Shown here: positions 34,701 to 49,300 of the stretch, piece after piece
How the letters are laid out: each line of letters begins with the position of its first letter
Position numbering within the stretch: the stretch's first letter is position 1
Assembly (NCBI GenBank): GCA_048013815.1
Contig: CM106586.1
Coordinates: forward strand, 1,116,001-1,180,000
Source: Setoptus koraiensis
Taxonomy: Eukaryota > Animalia > Arthropoda
Length of the DNA stretch: 64,000 bases
Reading direction: 5' to 3'
Translations under genes and position numbers: made by a program
Notes under the pieces: model-generated
Seen by the model: only the letters and a program-made list of their open reading frames with translations
Told to the model about the DNA's origin: nothing
Database searches by the model: none

Positions 34701-37700
34701 AACATCATGTTATACATGTGATAGCCCACTGGGGATGTTAATGAGCTAGCAAGAGGGCAAACAGAGAATAGTTTTTTGTTGTTGTTATATGCGCTTGTGT
34801 CCTCTCTCTATCTCTCTCTCTCCCTCTCTCTCTCTCTCTCCCTCTACCCAGCGATGCACTCACTTTTACGAACAAACTATTCTCGTCTCATAACAAACAT
34901 TTATAAGAGAAAGTTGAATCGATGCTTTATTCATCTTACTCGCCGAGTTAGTTTAATCTATCACAGTAAATATCACCGTGGACCAAATACTGCGGTTAAG
35001 AGACCAGCAGAGAGCAAGCCAGCGAGAGAGGGAGCGTCCAATGAGCGCCGATATAACAAACAGGTTATCCATCTATAATTACATAATAATACACACGCCA
35101 GTCGTTTATTCCTAGATGCAATATCCAACGTGTGCGCTGCAAGTCATTTGTTAGCCTTTCTCTGCGCTGTTGACATGAAAAGGAAATTCCTATTCTTAAA
35201 AAGACAGTCTCGCCCAAAAAAGTATTCACTTGTCAGCGCCGACAAGGACGAGCTAGCCGACAGTCAAGTTAGAATGATTTGATGGTATGATCGGGTGATG
35301 TAATGATTTATCGAGGTGAGCTCTACACTCACCTGGTCACATACACACAAAATAATGATTAACATTCAAATAGATAACCTACAACTAAATATGAATACAA
35401 CACTAACTCTATAATTTTCTGCACACTTTTGCGTATTGTGTCACTACTAGTGACTCACTAGCTGTAGTTTTCGTAGTTTGTTTTGTTCATTATCATCGTC
35501 GCCAAAGCTGTCGGTGTCGGTGAAAAGAATTCTTTAGTTTATGCTCAAATGTTCATGATTGGTGGCCGAAGAATCGGATAAAATAATGCCAATATATCTA
35601 CAACAATATAGCCAATATACAAAGCAGACGATCTACTGCGAGATACAGAGACGTGGACAATGGAAACTCATCTATGATATTGATGGCTGATATCTAGCCT
35701 ATGCAACATAAATGGTTCCATTCCTCCCGATTATAGCTACTTTTCTTTTGCAACTTCAAATCCGTAGATGAATGAAGATACGAGGAACACATGCAACTTC
35801 AATTTAGCCAGGGTAGCAAGCGTTCTGTCGCTAGCAACGCACATAAGTAACTCACTTAGACCATCCAAGTTAGACCATGCAAGTTAGATGGCGCCACATA
35901 AGTTGGCAACACAAATGCTTGCACTTATTATCTTGATCCCAATGTGTGTCATCTCTCTTTTTTCCCTTGCTGGTTACTGTCAGTTATATAACAATTAAGT
36001 GCTAGCCATAACACTGTATACGACGACATTGGTCGGACATAACGGTTATGTCATGAGGCAATCAATCAAGTGTCAATGATGGACTCTTATATAATACGAC
36101 TGTAGATGGCCAACAACAGTGAGGTGTTGAGTTTCTGTTAGTCAGCTAGAACTTGTTGGAAGATTGCCCAAGAGCAGCATAAAAGTAAAAATGCAACCTA
36201 TATATTTGTTGTTGGTTTTTCAGGCTATTTTTGTAATAATATGACGCTCATTGTAATATTTATGCGCTGGCTGCAGCACTAAAGTCTAACCACGTAGAGA
36301 CGCTATATCAAGTGATAGATGAGTATAGAACTAATTGACAGAATTGTGGGCACTTCATCAAGCTCGCAGCCAATTAGTAGCCATTGATTATTGTAACATT
36401 GTGCTGATTATCACATAATCAATGGATTAGATGATGCTATAATAGAGTGTCGGCAAGCCAGCAAGGGCCACATTTATCCCCTCGTCTTATGTCACTGGTC
36501 GAGATGCTTATCTTTGTAAAGTTGATCATATATTTATCACAGTTATGCCATTACACAATACTTTTGGTTGCATTCTCGGCTTACTTAAGTGTTTAGTCGA
36601 TTGCACGAGGTGCCCAGGCCAAACAATCAACTTAGCATACATGACACAAAGCAGGGTGTACCTCATGTCGGTAAGCCCGAGGGTGCTTAATGTGTATATA
36701 ATGTTACGAAAGTTGGAGTCACTCGTTTCGACGCAACTCTCATGCGCATGTGCCCGCAAATATCTCGCAAACTCTGGCTAGTCTGGGGCCCACAAATTGT
36801 AGAGGCGCGAAGGAGTTTATTGGAGAATTGAGCTTGATAGCGAATGGAGACGGCAATGCCACGTGTAAAAGACACATGTTTCAAGACTAGTACAGACACC
36901 AGTTAGAAGTTAGAAGTTTAACTAGAGTTTAACACTGGACCAGTGTTGAATTAGTTTGAATTAAGGGGGCAAAGTTATTATTGACATCGTTGAACAAACA
37001 AACAAACAAACAAACAATCAAGCAAGCAAGCGAGCAAACCGACTGGATAGCCAAATATTCGATGCAGTCCCTTGTCGTCTATATAAGTGACGAACAAACA
37101 AATAGATAGAGACAAGCTGGCAAACAAATCCATGGCAGAGGCCTCAAAAAGAGTTTCGTTGTGCAATAATGGGCATAATTGTATGATTGGGTTTTTGTTC
37201 ATCCGTGAATAGTCTGACCGAATCAAATACACCATAGTTTCTGTTGCAACGAACAATCTAACACAGCTACAAATTCTGTTAAATCAGTTTCTTCCTACTA
37301 CGACGACAACAACAACAACAAAAACAACAAAAAAACAAAACCCTAAAACAATAACACACACTTATTGTTGATAATTGATAAAATAAGTCGTGATCCGGAA
37401 TAAGCAAATGAATTTAGTCAGCACTTAGGCTTGCGACAGCAACATCGACTGCAATCAATTTAATTCGGCGAAAACCAATCAAAGCGGAAGTGGCTCATGC
37501 AAACTAAGGGTCAAATAGAGGCGACAGTGAATTGATTGGTCAATCAGAGTGATTTTAAAGGGTTGTTTGAGAGAGAAATAAAAAAGAGAAATAACGATGC
37601 TGGATTCGACACGATTGGTGAGGAAGCGAAAGCGCAGGAAGTTTCTGCAGCAAGCAACCGCTGACGAATATAGTGAACATAAGCGATTTATGTGTAATAT

Positions 37701-37764
37701 TGTAAAAATTAACTGTAAATGCATTACTGATAGTAATTACGTCACCAAAATACCAAATAAAACA

Positions 37765-39245
37765 ATGACAACTAGAACTGCAGAAATACCAATTGTGCGC
37801 CTTGCATGTATTTGGCTGATGTTAATGGCCATAGGACATCACGAGTACCATTTGACGAGCGTCGCCCAACAATTGTCGATTCAATCTCAACAACAATATA
37901 AGCACCAATTGAGGCCTGATTTTGTTTATCCCTTTACCAATGGTAACCCACCGTTGCCAGCTGATATTAACAACAATACAACCGAATTGCTAAACACTTG
38001 CTACCAATTGGAGTTTGTCAAGTTCAAATTGAACAATTATTTGTTGTTTCCGGACAAAATGACTAGACAGGATGACAATGACGACTATGATTATTCGTTA
38101 TGTCGTTTCATCAATGCAAACAACACAGGCAAGAACATTGAAAGCACATTGACACCAAACAAAAGGCTAAGAATAATAATGTGTCGGGACTCAAGAGATT
38201 ATATGAATAGTGACAAAAACAAATTTCTGCAGGCTTGCGATAAATTGATCGCTCATAGCCGACAAGAGGAACAGGAGGAGCAACGTGACAGACGAGTAGC
38301 GGAAATATCTTTTTTGGCTAATAGTCAGCGCCATGATTCTCATCATAACTCATATCGGTATCACAACGATGCTGTCAGCCACCAGAATGGGGATCAAATT
38401 AAATTGTGGGACCATGATGACGCTGAACCGCAGCCAAAATACACGGGGCGTCACAGGCGACACCACAGAGGGCATAGTTCTAGACGGCAGTCGCGATCGT
38501 TTCAAGACTATTTGTATAGATTTTGGCGAAAATATGTTCATCATGGGGGCATTAGTAGCAACAAACATTGGATGGGAGATAAAGAAAAGGAAGAAGATTT
38601 ATATTTAGATGAGAACATATATGAGCAAAGAATGAGAAGAAAACGAAGAAGTAGCAGAGGTAGAAAAAAGCGAAAGGTGCTCTCCATTGCTGCTGATGCC
38701 AGTGATGACGATGATGAGCAACCAGCATCAAATCAGAGACTGTTATATGGCGATAAAACGGCAACAATAAACAGAGATGTAAAGCTGGATATGAATCAAC
38801 AATCGACAGCGGACACACAACAACAACTAGACGACAAGAATAGAGATGCAGCAACAGAAATGACAGACACTGACATAGATAAGAGAGATTTTGAGATATT
38901 GCGCAGATTTGATGCAGATTTAATTAAATTTGTCAGTTTGCCAACAACAAACAAAAAAATGACAATAGAGACAGTAAAGTCAGCAGCTAATACAGCAAAC
39001 AGCACGACAATCAAAAATGAATCATTGTCACCAAAGGCATTTATGAGTCACCAGCAACCAACGTCAGCGCCATCTGTGAATGGGGCCCCGCAGCGCTTCG
39101 TGCCACCGTATATGATTAAATTGTACACGAAATTAACTGAGCCTCACACTGGCATCACCTTGCAAGCGTTGCCTTATTACTCGAAAGTTGTGCGTAGTTA
39201 CACCCTGGCAAATAACAATCACAATTACGTCATTGCCAACAACAA

Positions 39246-39277
<32 letters not shown>

Positions 39278-39322
39278 ACAGCAACAGCAACAACAACAGC
39301 GTCAAACAAGCGGCACAACAAG
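37765..39322 (+). CDS. First coding exon of a probable TGF-beta superfamily precursor (signal peptide plus prodomain); mature domain not found in the window
   Basis: Within ORF 37597-39354. Hydrophobic leader IPIVRLACIWLMLMAIG after Met at 37765; RFVPPYMIKLY...PYYSKVVRSY resembles the P.YM..LY...A/S..VRSF start of BMP-type prodomains; strong donor CAAG|gtgagt at 39323. Confidence 0.6.
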
Positions 39323-40494
39323 GTGAGTCTGTACTGAATGAATATCACACATAAGATGACCGGATCGTATGTGTGATACTCAGTGTGTGTCACTTCATCG
39401 AGACTGCAGCCAACTGGCCAAGATCATGTGTCACTCTTTGCACTAGATCGCTGCTTGGCTCAAGCTGCTGGCCTCAGGTCGCCGTGAACACTTGACTGGC
39501 TTTGCGGGGCCTCTGGCCATTTTATAAATATGTAGCCGGCGCTAAGTGCAGCATACGCGATATATGCATGCTATTGTATGCTTCATTAGGCCGGCTGGTG
39601 GGCGACCAGAGTGTTACAAGATAAGACATAACTAGATGTTAGAGACACCAGATAACTAGATGCTATCTGCACGGTTAAACAGCATCTATATTTGGAGTGG
39701 AGGTTGTGATAGTTGAATATCACTATCACAAATATGTGAGACGTTGCTGGCCATAAACGACCATATTTAATCATATCCATACAATTGAACCATACAATAA
39801 ACAACAAACAGACAAACAATGAGACGAACAAGCAAACAAACAAATAAACAGACTAACAATTGGAAACATTTGCCGCCTCAGTTAGTGCCAATGTCGAACA
39901 AGTGGCCAATTATGCAAATGATAATGGCCGGTCTTGTAGTACAAGGCCCGAATAAAGTCAACTCAAGTTTTGGTGTTGACCGATAACCGATGCAAGCGCA
40001 TCAAATATGTTGTCGTAGCTGTTGGCGTTGGTCAGGCAAACTCGTTACGTCCAATGGCGTTGTTAATGGTTGCGCACAATGCCGTTGTTTGCATTAAAAA
40101 CACTCTCTATAGCTCTCTATAGCTCGATGAGACCATTTGATTTGCAGGCGCACATTATGTAATGGCAAAGCCGCTCGGACTTGGCCCAACCAACCGCCAC
40201 AGAGCACACTGAGAGGGCGCCCCAGTGGCACAATGCGTCGCTTGGCGCTGAGAACGGAACGCGTGCCCATCGCTGACCAAAACGAGCTGTAGTTGAGATG
40301 AGGCCACTGGCAATTTATGTAAATAAGCAGTGTGGCCAGCTACCAATCGACAGAGAGAAAGTGACAACACCATCAGTTTAGTTTGGTTTGGGCCCGCTTG
40401 TTATTCACGACTGCTGCGTAAACTTGTAAACAACAACTTCAAGTTGCCAAGATGGCCGTTCCATTGTGTTGCATTGTGCCACCCAATGAGCCCA

Positions 40495-40530
<36 letters not shown>

Positions 40531-41242
40531 CGATTAGATTGCTATTGATGCCGTTACATAATCCATGACGAGTCACGCAATTGTGTGATGTGCGCTGCCT
40601 GCGATCATCATCAAACCCCAGACCTGTGAATCTCTCTGGTCGGCGCTGTGCCGGCCCTAATCGCTCGTTTGCGACTATAACGACTATAGCGACCGTGCCG
40701 ACCACTATGTTGTTGTTGTCGCTGTTGCTTGCTTTGTTTTTTGAGGCGCCCATGAGCGGCCCCGAAGCACAACAATGGGCGCTTGTGTCGTAGGTGCACC
40801 ACGTCGGCCTTCCGTCATGGCCGCCTTGGATTCAATTCGATTTGGGGCCCAATTGAATCGACACACTGTGCACCCGCATCCATAAATATCGGCCTGTATG
40901 CTGGTGGCGCGATCTGGCCAGGCCACACGGTCTGAGCGGCACAGCGAAGGGGCGCGAAATTTTCTATTTTGCCAATATTTTCAATCTTGTGTGTATTTTG
41001 AAGCCCCCCTACCCAATGTCCATACGTCGGTGCCTCGTGACGTAACACCAAAGTCGCTATATATTATCTGGCCGAGCAGTTACACGTTGCACGTCACATT
41101 TATGTCTTATATCATAGCTGTCTGTTTGGCTTCGTTGGTTGGCTGGTTTGATGCGTCTAACGGCCGCTGCTGCCGCTGCTGGTCATCAGCATGTTAGTGT
41201 GTGCGTGGCACTCATTAGGCAACATTTGAGAAAACAATTTCA

Positions 41243-41329
41243 TGTTGTTGTTGCTGTTGTTGTTGTTGTTGTTGCTGTTGTTGTTGTTGTTGTTGTTGTT
41301 GCTGTTGTTGTTGTTGCTGTTGCTGCTGT
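41243..41329. repeat. (GTT/GCT)n trinucleotide tract
   Basis: Direct. Confidence 0.95.
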
Positions 41330-44300
41330 TGGGTGCATTTCGGCTCTTACGCAACATCTATTGCATCAGCGCAATTTATTATTGCGTAATAGCACGCTCG
41401 TGCTATTACGCAACCTTTCTGTCTAGTTGTGTGGGATCTGACGAAACCAACAAAGTTTTCATAATAAACTCAACCATTGTTTATTGGCGCCAACACAAAG
41501 CCGCACACGCTAACGCACCAGTTATATGATCGATTTTTTTCGAATTCACTACTGATCTAACTGCACTGCACTGGCCAGCGACGCACGTATCAGAAAAACC
41601 AAAAAACCGAAAAACGGCCAAAATGGACAAAACGGACAAAACGAAAGTACGAATGGAATGATAAAATTGCAGTGCCGCGCAAACTACCAAACAAGTTTGC
41701 GGTGCCGAGCCCCATTCGCCCCGTTCGCCTAAATGCACGTTAATGCGCAACACTTAAGCAACCATATTGATTATACGTGCCACACGATCACGAGTGAAGC
41801 AAATACCCTGACGGCAATATCAGCACTTTGGCACCTGGTCACGGGCAGCTTGCGCGGGGATATTCGCTTTGCCGTTGATTCGGCGTGATCATCTCGGACG
41901 CTGTCGACACGCTGGCGCACAAACAGATTGCTGGTGCGGATAGATTTGCACAAAGACGCATATATATTCTGCGGGGGCCAATTTCGGCCCAAGAGCCTGC
42001 AGTGCTCGCGAAAAGAGGCTCTCTATCAAGCATCGCTCTTGCATTTCTACGGCCCTTTCTCTGGCTGCAAATAACGACAAAATAACACTTTTGATAAATA
42101 GCTTCAGCAAGTCGCCAGCAATACCGAGCGCACCCACTGACGCATACATCAATGTGTATACTGACAAAGAGGGCGCGATAAACGTATGACGAGAACGGGC
42201 AACAGCAGTGGCGGCACGTCAGCAAACAATTGTAGCGACAGGAACACACAAGGGCGCCTCATTTTCGTTATTATTGAGAATAGTTGCCATTATGAGAGCA
42301 CAGTATGACGAGAACATTATGATGAGAAACGTATGATGAGAGTATAGAGTTTAAAAACAGTTTGTCTGGCTCGAGAGCCCTCAAAACTGTTCATCATCAC
42401 AGATTGGATGAGATGATATTCAAAGAAATGACATTTCTGAATATGTGGGCCCCCACTGACGAGGGCCCCTCGCCTCACTGTTATGCAACTCGAAATTCGC
42501 CAGTGTGAGTTGCGTAACAGCAAACAACCACCAAAACGGATGTTGTCAGCCGCATGCACAATAAGTGTCCAATTTGAAACTTTTCAGTTCAAACTTGTTC
42601 TCTGTTCAACGGCACTCAACTTGACATGAGACACCGAGGGGCAATTTCGCAATTTCGACAAACTGAAGAAATTTCATTCTGTCTGACAGGTCGCTATTAG
42701 GCAACCAAGTAACCAGCTTCTGTAAATTATATTTTCTCGCCATACTTTTGGGCCTCTCAAGCAGAATATCAAAAGAGAGCCCTGTCACGCAGTTCGTCAG
42801 AACCCTATATCAAGTGTATACCATAATGCGTGTGGCCGCCACTTGATTTCTCTTGTTTGTCGAGACTTGTTTGTGTGTGCATGCCTTGTATTATAAAAAT
42901 TGTTGATTTTACCAACGAGTTGAAACATTTTGTCCAGTAACCAACCAGACATTCAACATTCAACATTCAAGCATCAGCTCAAACACTTCGATACAATCTA
43001 CAAAGTTTAATAGAAAGTAAAATTTCAAACTACAAACTGGCCTCTCAAAAACGTGTGCTCATTCGAAAGCATTATTTGTGCATTAGTATCGTGAGCTTAT
43101 CCGGATGATGGGCTCAATAGGCACCATACTGAGGCCAGCCAGATCCAGCTTGCCGGTAGCTTGCTGGCAAGCTCTACCTTTACTAATACATAGTGGTAAC
43201 GTATGTTATATACGTATTACGCAATATGCCATTATTAGTAGGCTATAAAAGGGATAATGCTATCATCATAATAGACATAAGAATGCACACGCAGCCAAGA
43301 GAGAATATTTCCAAATATTTTGCACCATTTTCAACGCTTCCTTAATCGATCATTCTCTCATTATAAACCGCTTGCCATTGTAACGATTTATCATCAGACG
43401 AAAAGTGCCAATAACGTTGCTAACGTGTCTGTGCCGTGTGTAAATGTACAGAATCTACCATTCGAATAACAGAGCGATTCCTTTCTCCAAAATCCGTTAT
43501 TGCCAGCCACAAAAGTTTCAATGTGTAACTTATTCTCTTCTGTAGCCAACTCTGTCTCTTTTGCTCCAGATTGCACAGTAATTACGTGATGATATTTGCA
43601 CACATACACAAACATGGATACAATTTAGGATGCAATCATTGCATCACTAATGAGCCACTAATGGTGCTGGTATATGTTGGCCTCTAATGATTTCATGATA
43701 CAGAAACATTGTACAATTGAATGGAAACAGCAATTGTATGGCGACATTTGCAGATATCATTGCAAAGCTCAATGCAAATTGGGGCCACAATTTAGCGAAG
43801 CCAGAAAAGGTTTGTTCAACAGTCTGTTGACAACAGATTTGAATTGGCTTCCCATTTGTCAGAAAATACGACATTGCGTTTGCAGCTCACAATTGTCAGA
43901 TGGTGGCGAGGAAATCGATTTCGGTCAAATATGGTTAACCGTTGACATTGTGTGTCTGTGTGTGATTCAAATCACAACACCATTTGCATAAATTTGCATC
44001 ACACTAGACAGAGCGGTTGTATTTTCCGAGAACATTCTTCTATGAGCATCACTAAACTCATTCACCTGGTGCCCGATATTCTATGTATCGGCATGCAGAC
44101 CCTTGTTTTCTAGATTATTGGGCCGGCTACTCTGCCAACAATCATAATCTGCCGATACACAGTACGATCAGTATCATGAGAAGCAACAATGAACAGCAAG
44201 CAAATATTTAATATTGATATTAATTGGCACAAATGGTTGGACCGGATGATTGAATTTACGAGCTCAGCGTTATCTTTACGACATACCAACCACAATCCAA

Positions 44301-46274
44301 TTTGTGTCGCAGTGCTAGCGGTGATCCAGTCAGATCAGACACTGATCTTATTAGCGAATTTGTTTACTCACAATTTTTGAGTCACAAAGCAGAAATAAAG
44401 AGCCGATATTCAATCTATCCAGTGGTGATGGACTCTTGGTAGCGTTCGAGCGAATATGAAAAGAAGCTAGAATAAATAAATAAGGGTAGTTCATTAGTGT
44501 GATTTTTTTCATCTTTCATCGGGTCCTCGGTTGAAGGGCGAAGTCAATCTTGCAAGGAATCAATATTGACTTGATAATGTTTTAGCGTATTCGAAGCGTA
44601 GTCGCTCGATCAAATCACCACTATGAAGCGCCGAAATGAAAAACTAATTGAGTTTGCTGCAGCCAGGCGCACTTGTCGCAAATTGCGACTCGCAATGCCA
44701 TAGTCGCATGTGATTGTTTCGTGTTGAATTAATTCAGCATACTTTTTAAACTTGAATAATTTAAATTAACTGAAATCAAAGATTGCATCTAATAATGGTG
44801 CTATCCACTGTAACAAGTGGCGCCACTTGACACCACCGGAATTAACTAAACAATATGCTAATTTGCTATGCGTCGAAATTTTCCGAGCGAGTAACTCGAG
44901 CAAGCACAAAAATCACAACACTGCTGATCACACCTGAGAGCAATTGCCGTTCCCCTTGGAACATATTAGATTATATCGCCACGCCAGCTATGGCTAGATG
45001 ATGAAAGTAGGCAGCAGCAGCCGTTTGATTGATTAATGTTGTTCGCACCAGCACCAGCACCGACACTCACGCGCACGCAAACTAAATCCTAAGCATGTTT
45101 GCAGAGTCAGCTGAGACATCTATGAGGATGTGATGGAAACAAAATGGTTAGCTCGATAGCTGAAGTTGTTCAGAAATAGGTGGGGCAGAAATCGCCAATT
45201 GTCACTTGATCGCTCGATCACGCTACCAACATGTCAGATCGGCCGCTACTTTATTCCTTACATGTAAGTAATGGACGGCAGTTCTATGAGCTTGATATTG
45301 CGGTAATTAGCTATTAATTTGTGCACAGAGAAAAGAAGAAAATTGATTTTCTTTTGTTGTTGTTGTTGTTGTTGGTATTGTTCGATCTAGTATCACTGTT
45401 AGCAGTGCCGCCAGATGAGCGACGCTCGACGGTTGCTTGGTCAATTGGTTGCAGTTGGTATACAAACTTGCCAACAGTGACAAAGGTATGCAAATAGGTT
45501 GCTAGTGACGCAACCAAAGCAAACTAACAACACTGCAAGCAACTGCAAGCTGCAGTGAACTGGCCATTTGATTGGGAAGACATATTGGGCTAACAATATG
45601 GGCCATTGTTAGCTATTCACACTTGATTTAGTTTTGCTGCCAGTAACTAGTAATAAGTTGTGTATATGTGTGAATAGTCACATATATAGAGAGAGAAAAA
45701 GTGATTGCGTATTGTCTGTTGATTTATTGGCCATTAACTGTTGGCCATTAGTGTGATGTCACACGCTTGACTAGAAAGAATCAACTAAGCAACCTACCAA
45801 CAAACCAACTAGAAGCATATGGATATAGAGACAACAAGAAAATTGTTCTAGGCGAACCAGATGCAGAGATGATAATACGATAAGATTGCTGATAATGTAT
45901 TTACATATTAAATATACCGTTACCTTGCTGTTAGCCAGTGTTAGTCGCCACTATTACGAACCGTTATATTTGACTGTGTGCCTGTCTAGCTGGCTGCAAC
46001 AATGTCAATGACACGCAACCAATGTCACGTGTTAGCCGCAACAACAAACGTGCTCGCCCCAATGACAAGTGCAACTAAATAAAGCGCCCATCTTGCCATC
46101 TTGTGCACCTATATATTTTAGCTGGTGTGCAGTGTGTCTAGTTGTTGCACGCAACACAAAGCAGCATTGTCTTTGTCCACCTGTCCCCCACTCTCTGTTG
46201 CACAAACTATTTTCGCTTATACATGGATAAACCGCCAAAATAAACAATCATGAAAGCCTTTGCTAGACGCGCCT

Positions 46275-46357
46275 GTTACATAACATCGAAACAAGCCCAA
46301 GCCCTAAGTTACGTATTACGTAATACGTAACACGTAACACGTAACACGTAACACGTT
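46275..46357. promoter_or_regulatory. Cluster of PAR-bZIP/D-box-like sites
   Basis: GTTACATAAC (46275-46284), a perfect 24-bp palindrome GTTACGTATTACGTAATACGTAAC (46308-46331), then tandem ACGTAAC repeats. Function is inferred. Confidence 0.4.
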
Positions 46358-49300
46358 ATATACAACTAACGTTGCAGCGCAAGTATAACAGCGACTAACA
46401 GTTGCAATAGCGTATATGTGTTTGTATTTATGTGTCTACCTGGCGCCCAGTCGTGCTCCCCCGTTTCAGGTAAGACTGTTGTCGCAATACAAACAACACG
46501 CCGCAACTCTGTCTATATCACGCAACATTTAACATTTTTAACGTTTCATTTGTTAGTTACTAGCTGCCAGTGCAGGCCAACAGTAAGCTCGCCATCGGCT
46601 GCTCTTGTTCGAGGCTTGCGGCTCGCCACTGAGATATTTCCAGTGGCGCCATTTTAATAATACGCTATTTGTGTGTATACTCAAACCATAAACTATTGGC
46701 ACCAGTAAATCTTGCTGAATTGCCGAAAAAGAAAAAACAAAAGAGAAAAATTTTAATTTTTTTTTATTCAACAAAAATTTTGTTTTTTCACTTGCACCTC
46801 AAGCACCAGCAACGGCCAATTGAAGTGACCTGAAAACCTGGCCCCATTCGTTGGCAGCACCTCAATTCCTAAATGTAAATTTAAAATTCTAGTTCACGAA
46901 AAAAATCCCAAGTCTGTTAACTATTTATCATTGTTGAACAAACACACAGATTATCCGGGCCGACCATTGGTTGCTACTTATACTACAGTATTCAGCCTGT
47001 CCCTCCCTGTTCTATCCGTCGCTTATCATGGCAGCTTTACCTAAATATATGCACGCCACGATGGCATCTTGTGTGGCGTTTTGTGTAAATATCTAAAAGT
47101 AATTCACCAGCGGGCCCCCATCTGTCTGACTATCCATCTGTCTGTTTCACTCTATTTTTCGGAATAATACCGGTAAAAAAGAGAAATTTGTGCCTGTTTA
47201 TCTGTGTCGTGCTCTCGCACAAGTTGGCCTTGAAAATTTGCAAAATTCTCTCTTGCTCTCGCTTGTCTCGCGAATAGGCGCTCACGAATAGATAAACAAA
47301 ACGAACGAGTGAGACTTTTTCATTTCGGCCACCAGCACTCTGTATGCGCCCGTGAGATCATCAGAAGTAGTGAGAGTTCATTTGAATGCTAACCGACGCT
47401 GTCTAAAGTATATCATCGCATTAAAAAGCTATCTGTTATCTAAGAAGATCGCTGGCAGCAAATTCGACTAGTGATAGCCATTGAAACAAGTACGTATCAA
47501 ACGGGAAAAAATGCTGACTGGCAGACGAAAGAAGAAACTGGCAACAAAAAAGGCTAATGCGAAAATGGGCTCTCTTCATGCCCACTTTGATCACTCAAGG
47601 GCGACGCGCTCGACGTGTTGAGCCGGCCGTTTTCATAGCTCTGCTTAAACGATATACAATGTGCCAAGCGTTATGTGGAGCCGTTGGATTTTTAAGGTTG
47701 GCAATAATGCTTGGATATAGGGCCGTTAGATTTGCGCAGTTTGTCTTTGTTTTTTGGCACCAGATGCAAACAAGTGACGCGAGTGAATCGAATTCGAAGA
47801 ATACAAGTTTGTTTGTTGCTGCTGGTCATCATTTCAGACACACAGTTGTTATTATTTAAACAGTGAATATCCGTTTCTTTTCGCTCATCTCGGTTTCGTC
47901 GAGATCTCCGGCGACCCAATGCAACCAATCTGCACAGATTCGCTCTGAAAACTTGCACCGATCGGACGCTCGATGACAGGCGAGAAGAACGAAGGGCAAG
48001 TAAGCGAGGAATAAGTAGGAATAGAGAGCCAGAGAGAAGCAATAATGCGAAAATAATGATCCACTCTAATGGATCTATCCAGTTCAAGGTCGTCTTCATC
48101 TATCAATATCGGACTAGCGATCTCAAAAGCAAGACGAGCTGTTTTTGGGGCCCTTTCAAACGCCATAATTTGCTCCCTCATAACAATCGCACTGATTGTG
48201 TGTGTTTCTGCGTTTGCTTAGTTCTAATCAATCTATTATCTTTTGCAAATTCAACAAATAGATGTACTTTCTCTCTGCAATATCCGCGATCAGTGCACTG
48301 AACGATGCCACTTTTGAACCGGGCATATTGGTAAGGGCCGAATTGCACTCATCGCCTCTGTTTTTCTGACGTGCGTTAATAAACAAGCGAATGTGTTTTG
48401 TTTTCATCGGTGTGCATTCAACAGAGAAAAACGAAAAAATTTGCGGTCTTTTTCTGTAATAAATCTGGACCGGCCGACCTACTTTCGCATCTTGATCGTT
48501 TGCATGCAAGATGGCGTCAGAAGCTCAATTTAATCTCAGAAAAATAACGACATCCAATTTCGTTGTGCTGATCGATACCACAAATCGTTTTCGAGCAATA
48601 TTGCACGTGTGTTTGAGACATGCAACACTGATTGATATGACCGATTGATCAGTTTGCACCATGCGAGCAGCGATTTGCGGGAGGAAAAGATGACTCTCGA
48701 TACAACTTTTCTTGCTCGCCTCGGCATAGCTATGCAATCGATCAAATTATGCAAATTATCACCGCATCTGTATTCGACGTTGGCGGTATTTTAGGCGTTA
48801 CACACAATGAGATGTTAGGTATTTTCTAATATCTTGTCCGCGTAATTTGCGTTTGGGAATGTGAATGAGTGCGTGAATGAATATCTGTGGGGCACGGCAA
48901 AACATATTTCGGCACGGCAAAACATGGCGGGTGCATGTAGTATGATTCAGTGAATGGTTGAAAATTGTTCACATTGCGAACTGCCGGAGTGTCTCCGAAG
49001 AGCCGACTAAACGGTTCAACTGATCATTCATTCGGGCCGTTTTTCTCTCAACTATCTTGCATACTGTGCAGCGTCTAATAGAAGGCTAGAACACCCTTGC
49101 AACTCACCAGAAATGGGCTAAAAATACGCTGCTAGTTAATGCTGATGCTTCGCACAGAGAATGTAAGTCACGCAACGCAATGCGAGCCTCCATTAGCTCT
49201 CTGGCTGTGTGGCAGTGAGCAAAAATGACAAATGACAATTGATGCATAAAGACTGGCCAGACTATTATTACATGTACATGGCTATGACAGCTTTTGAATG

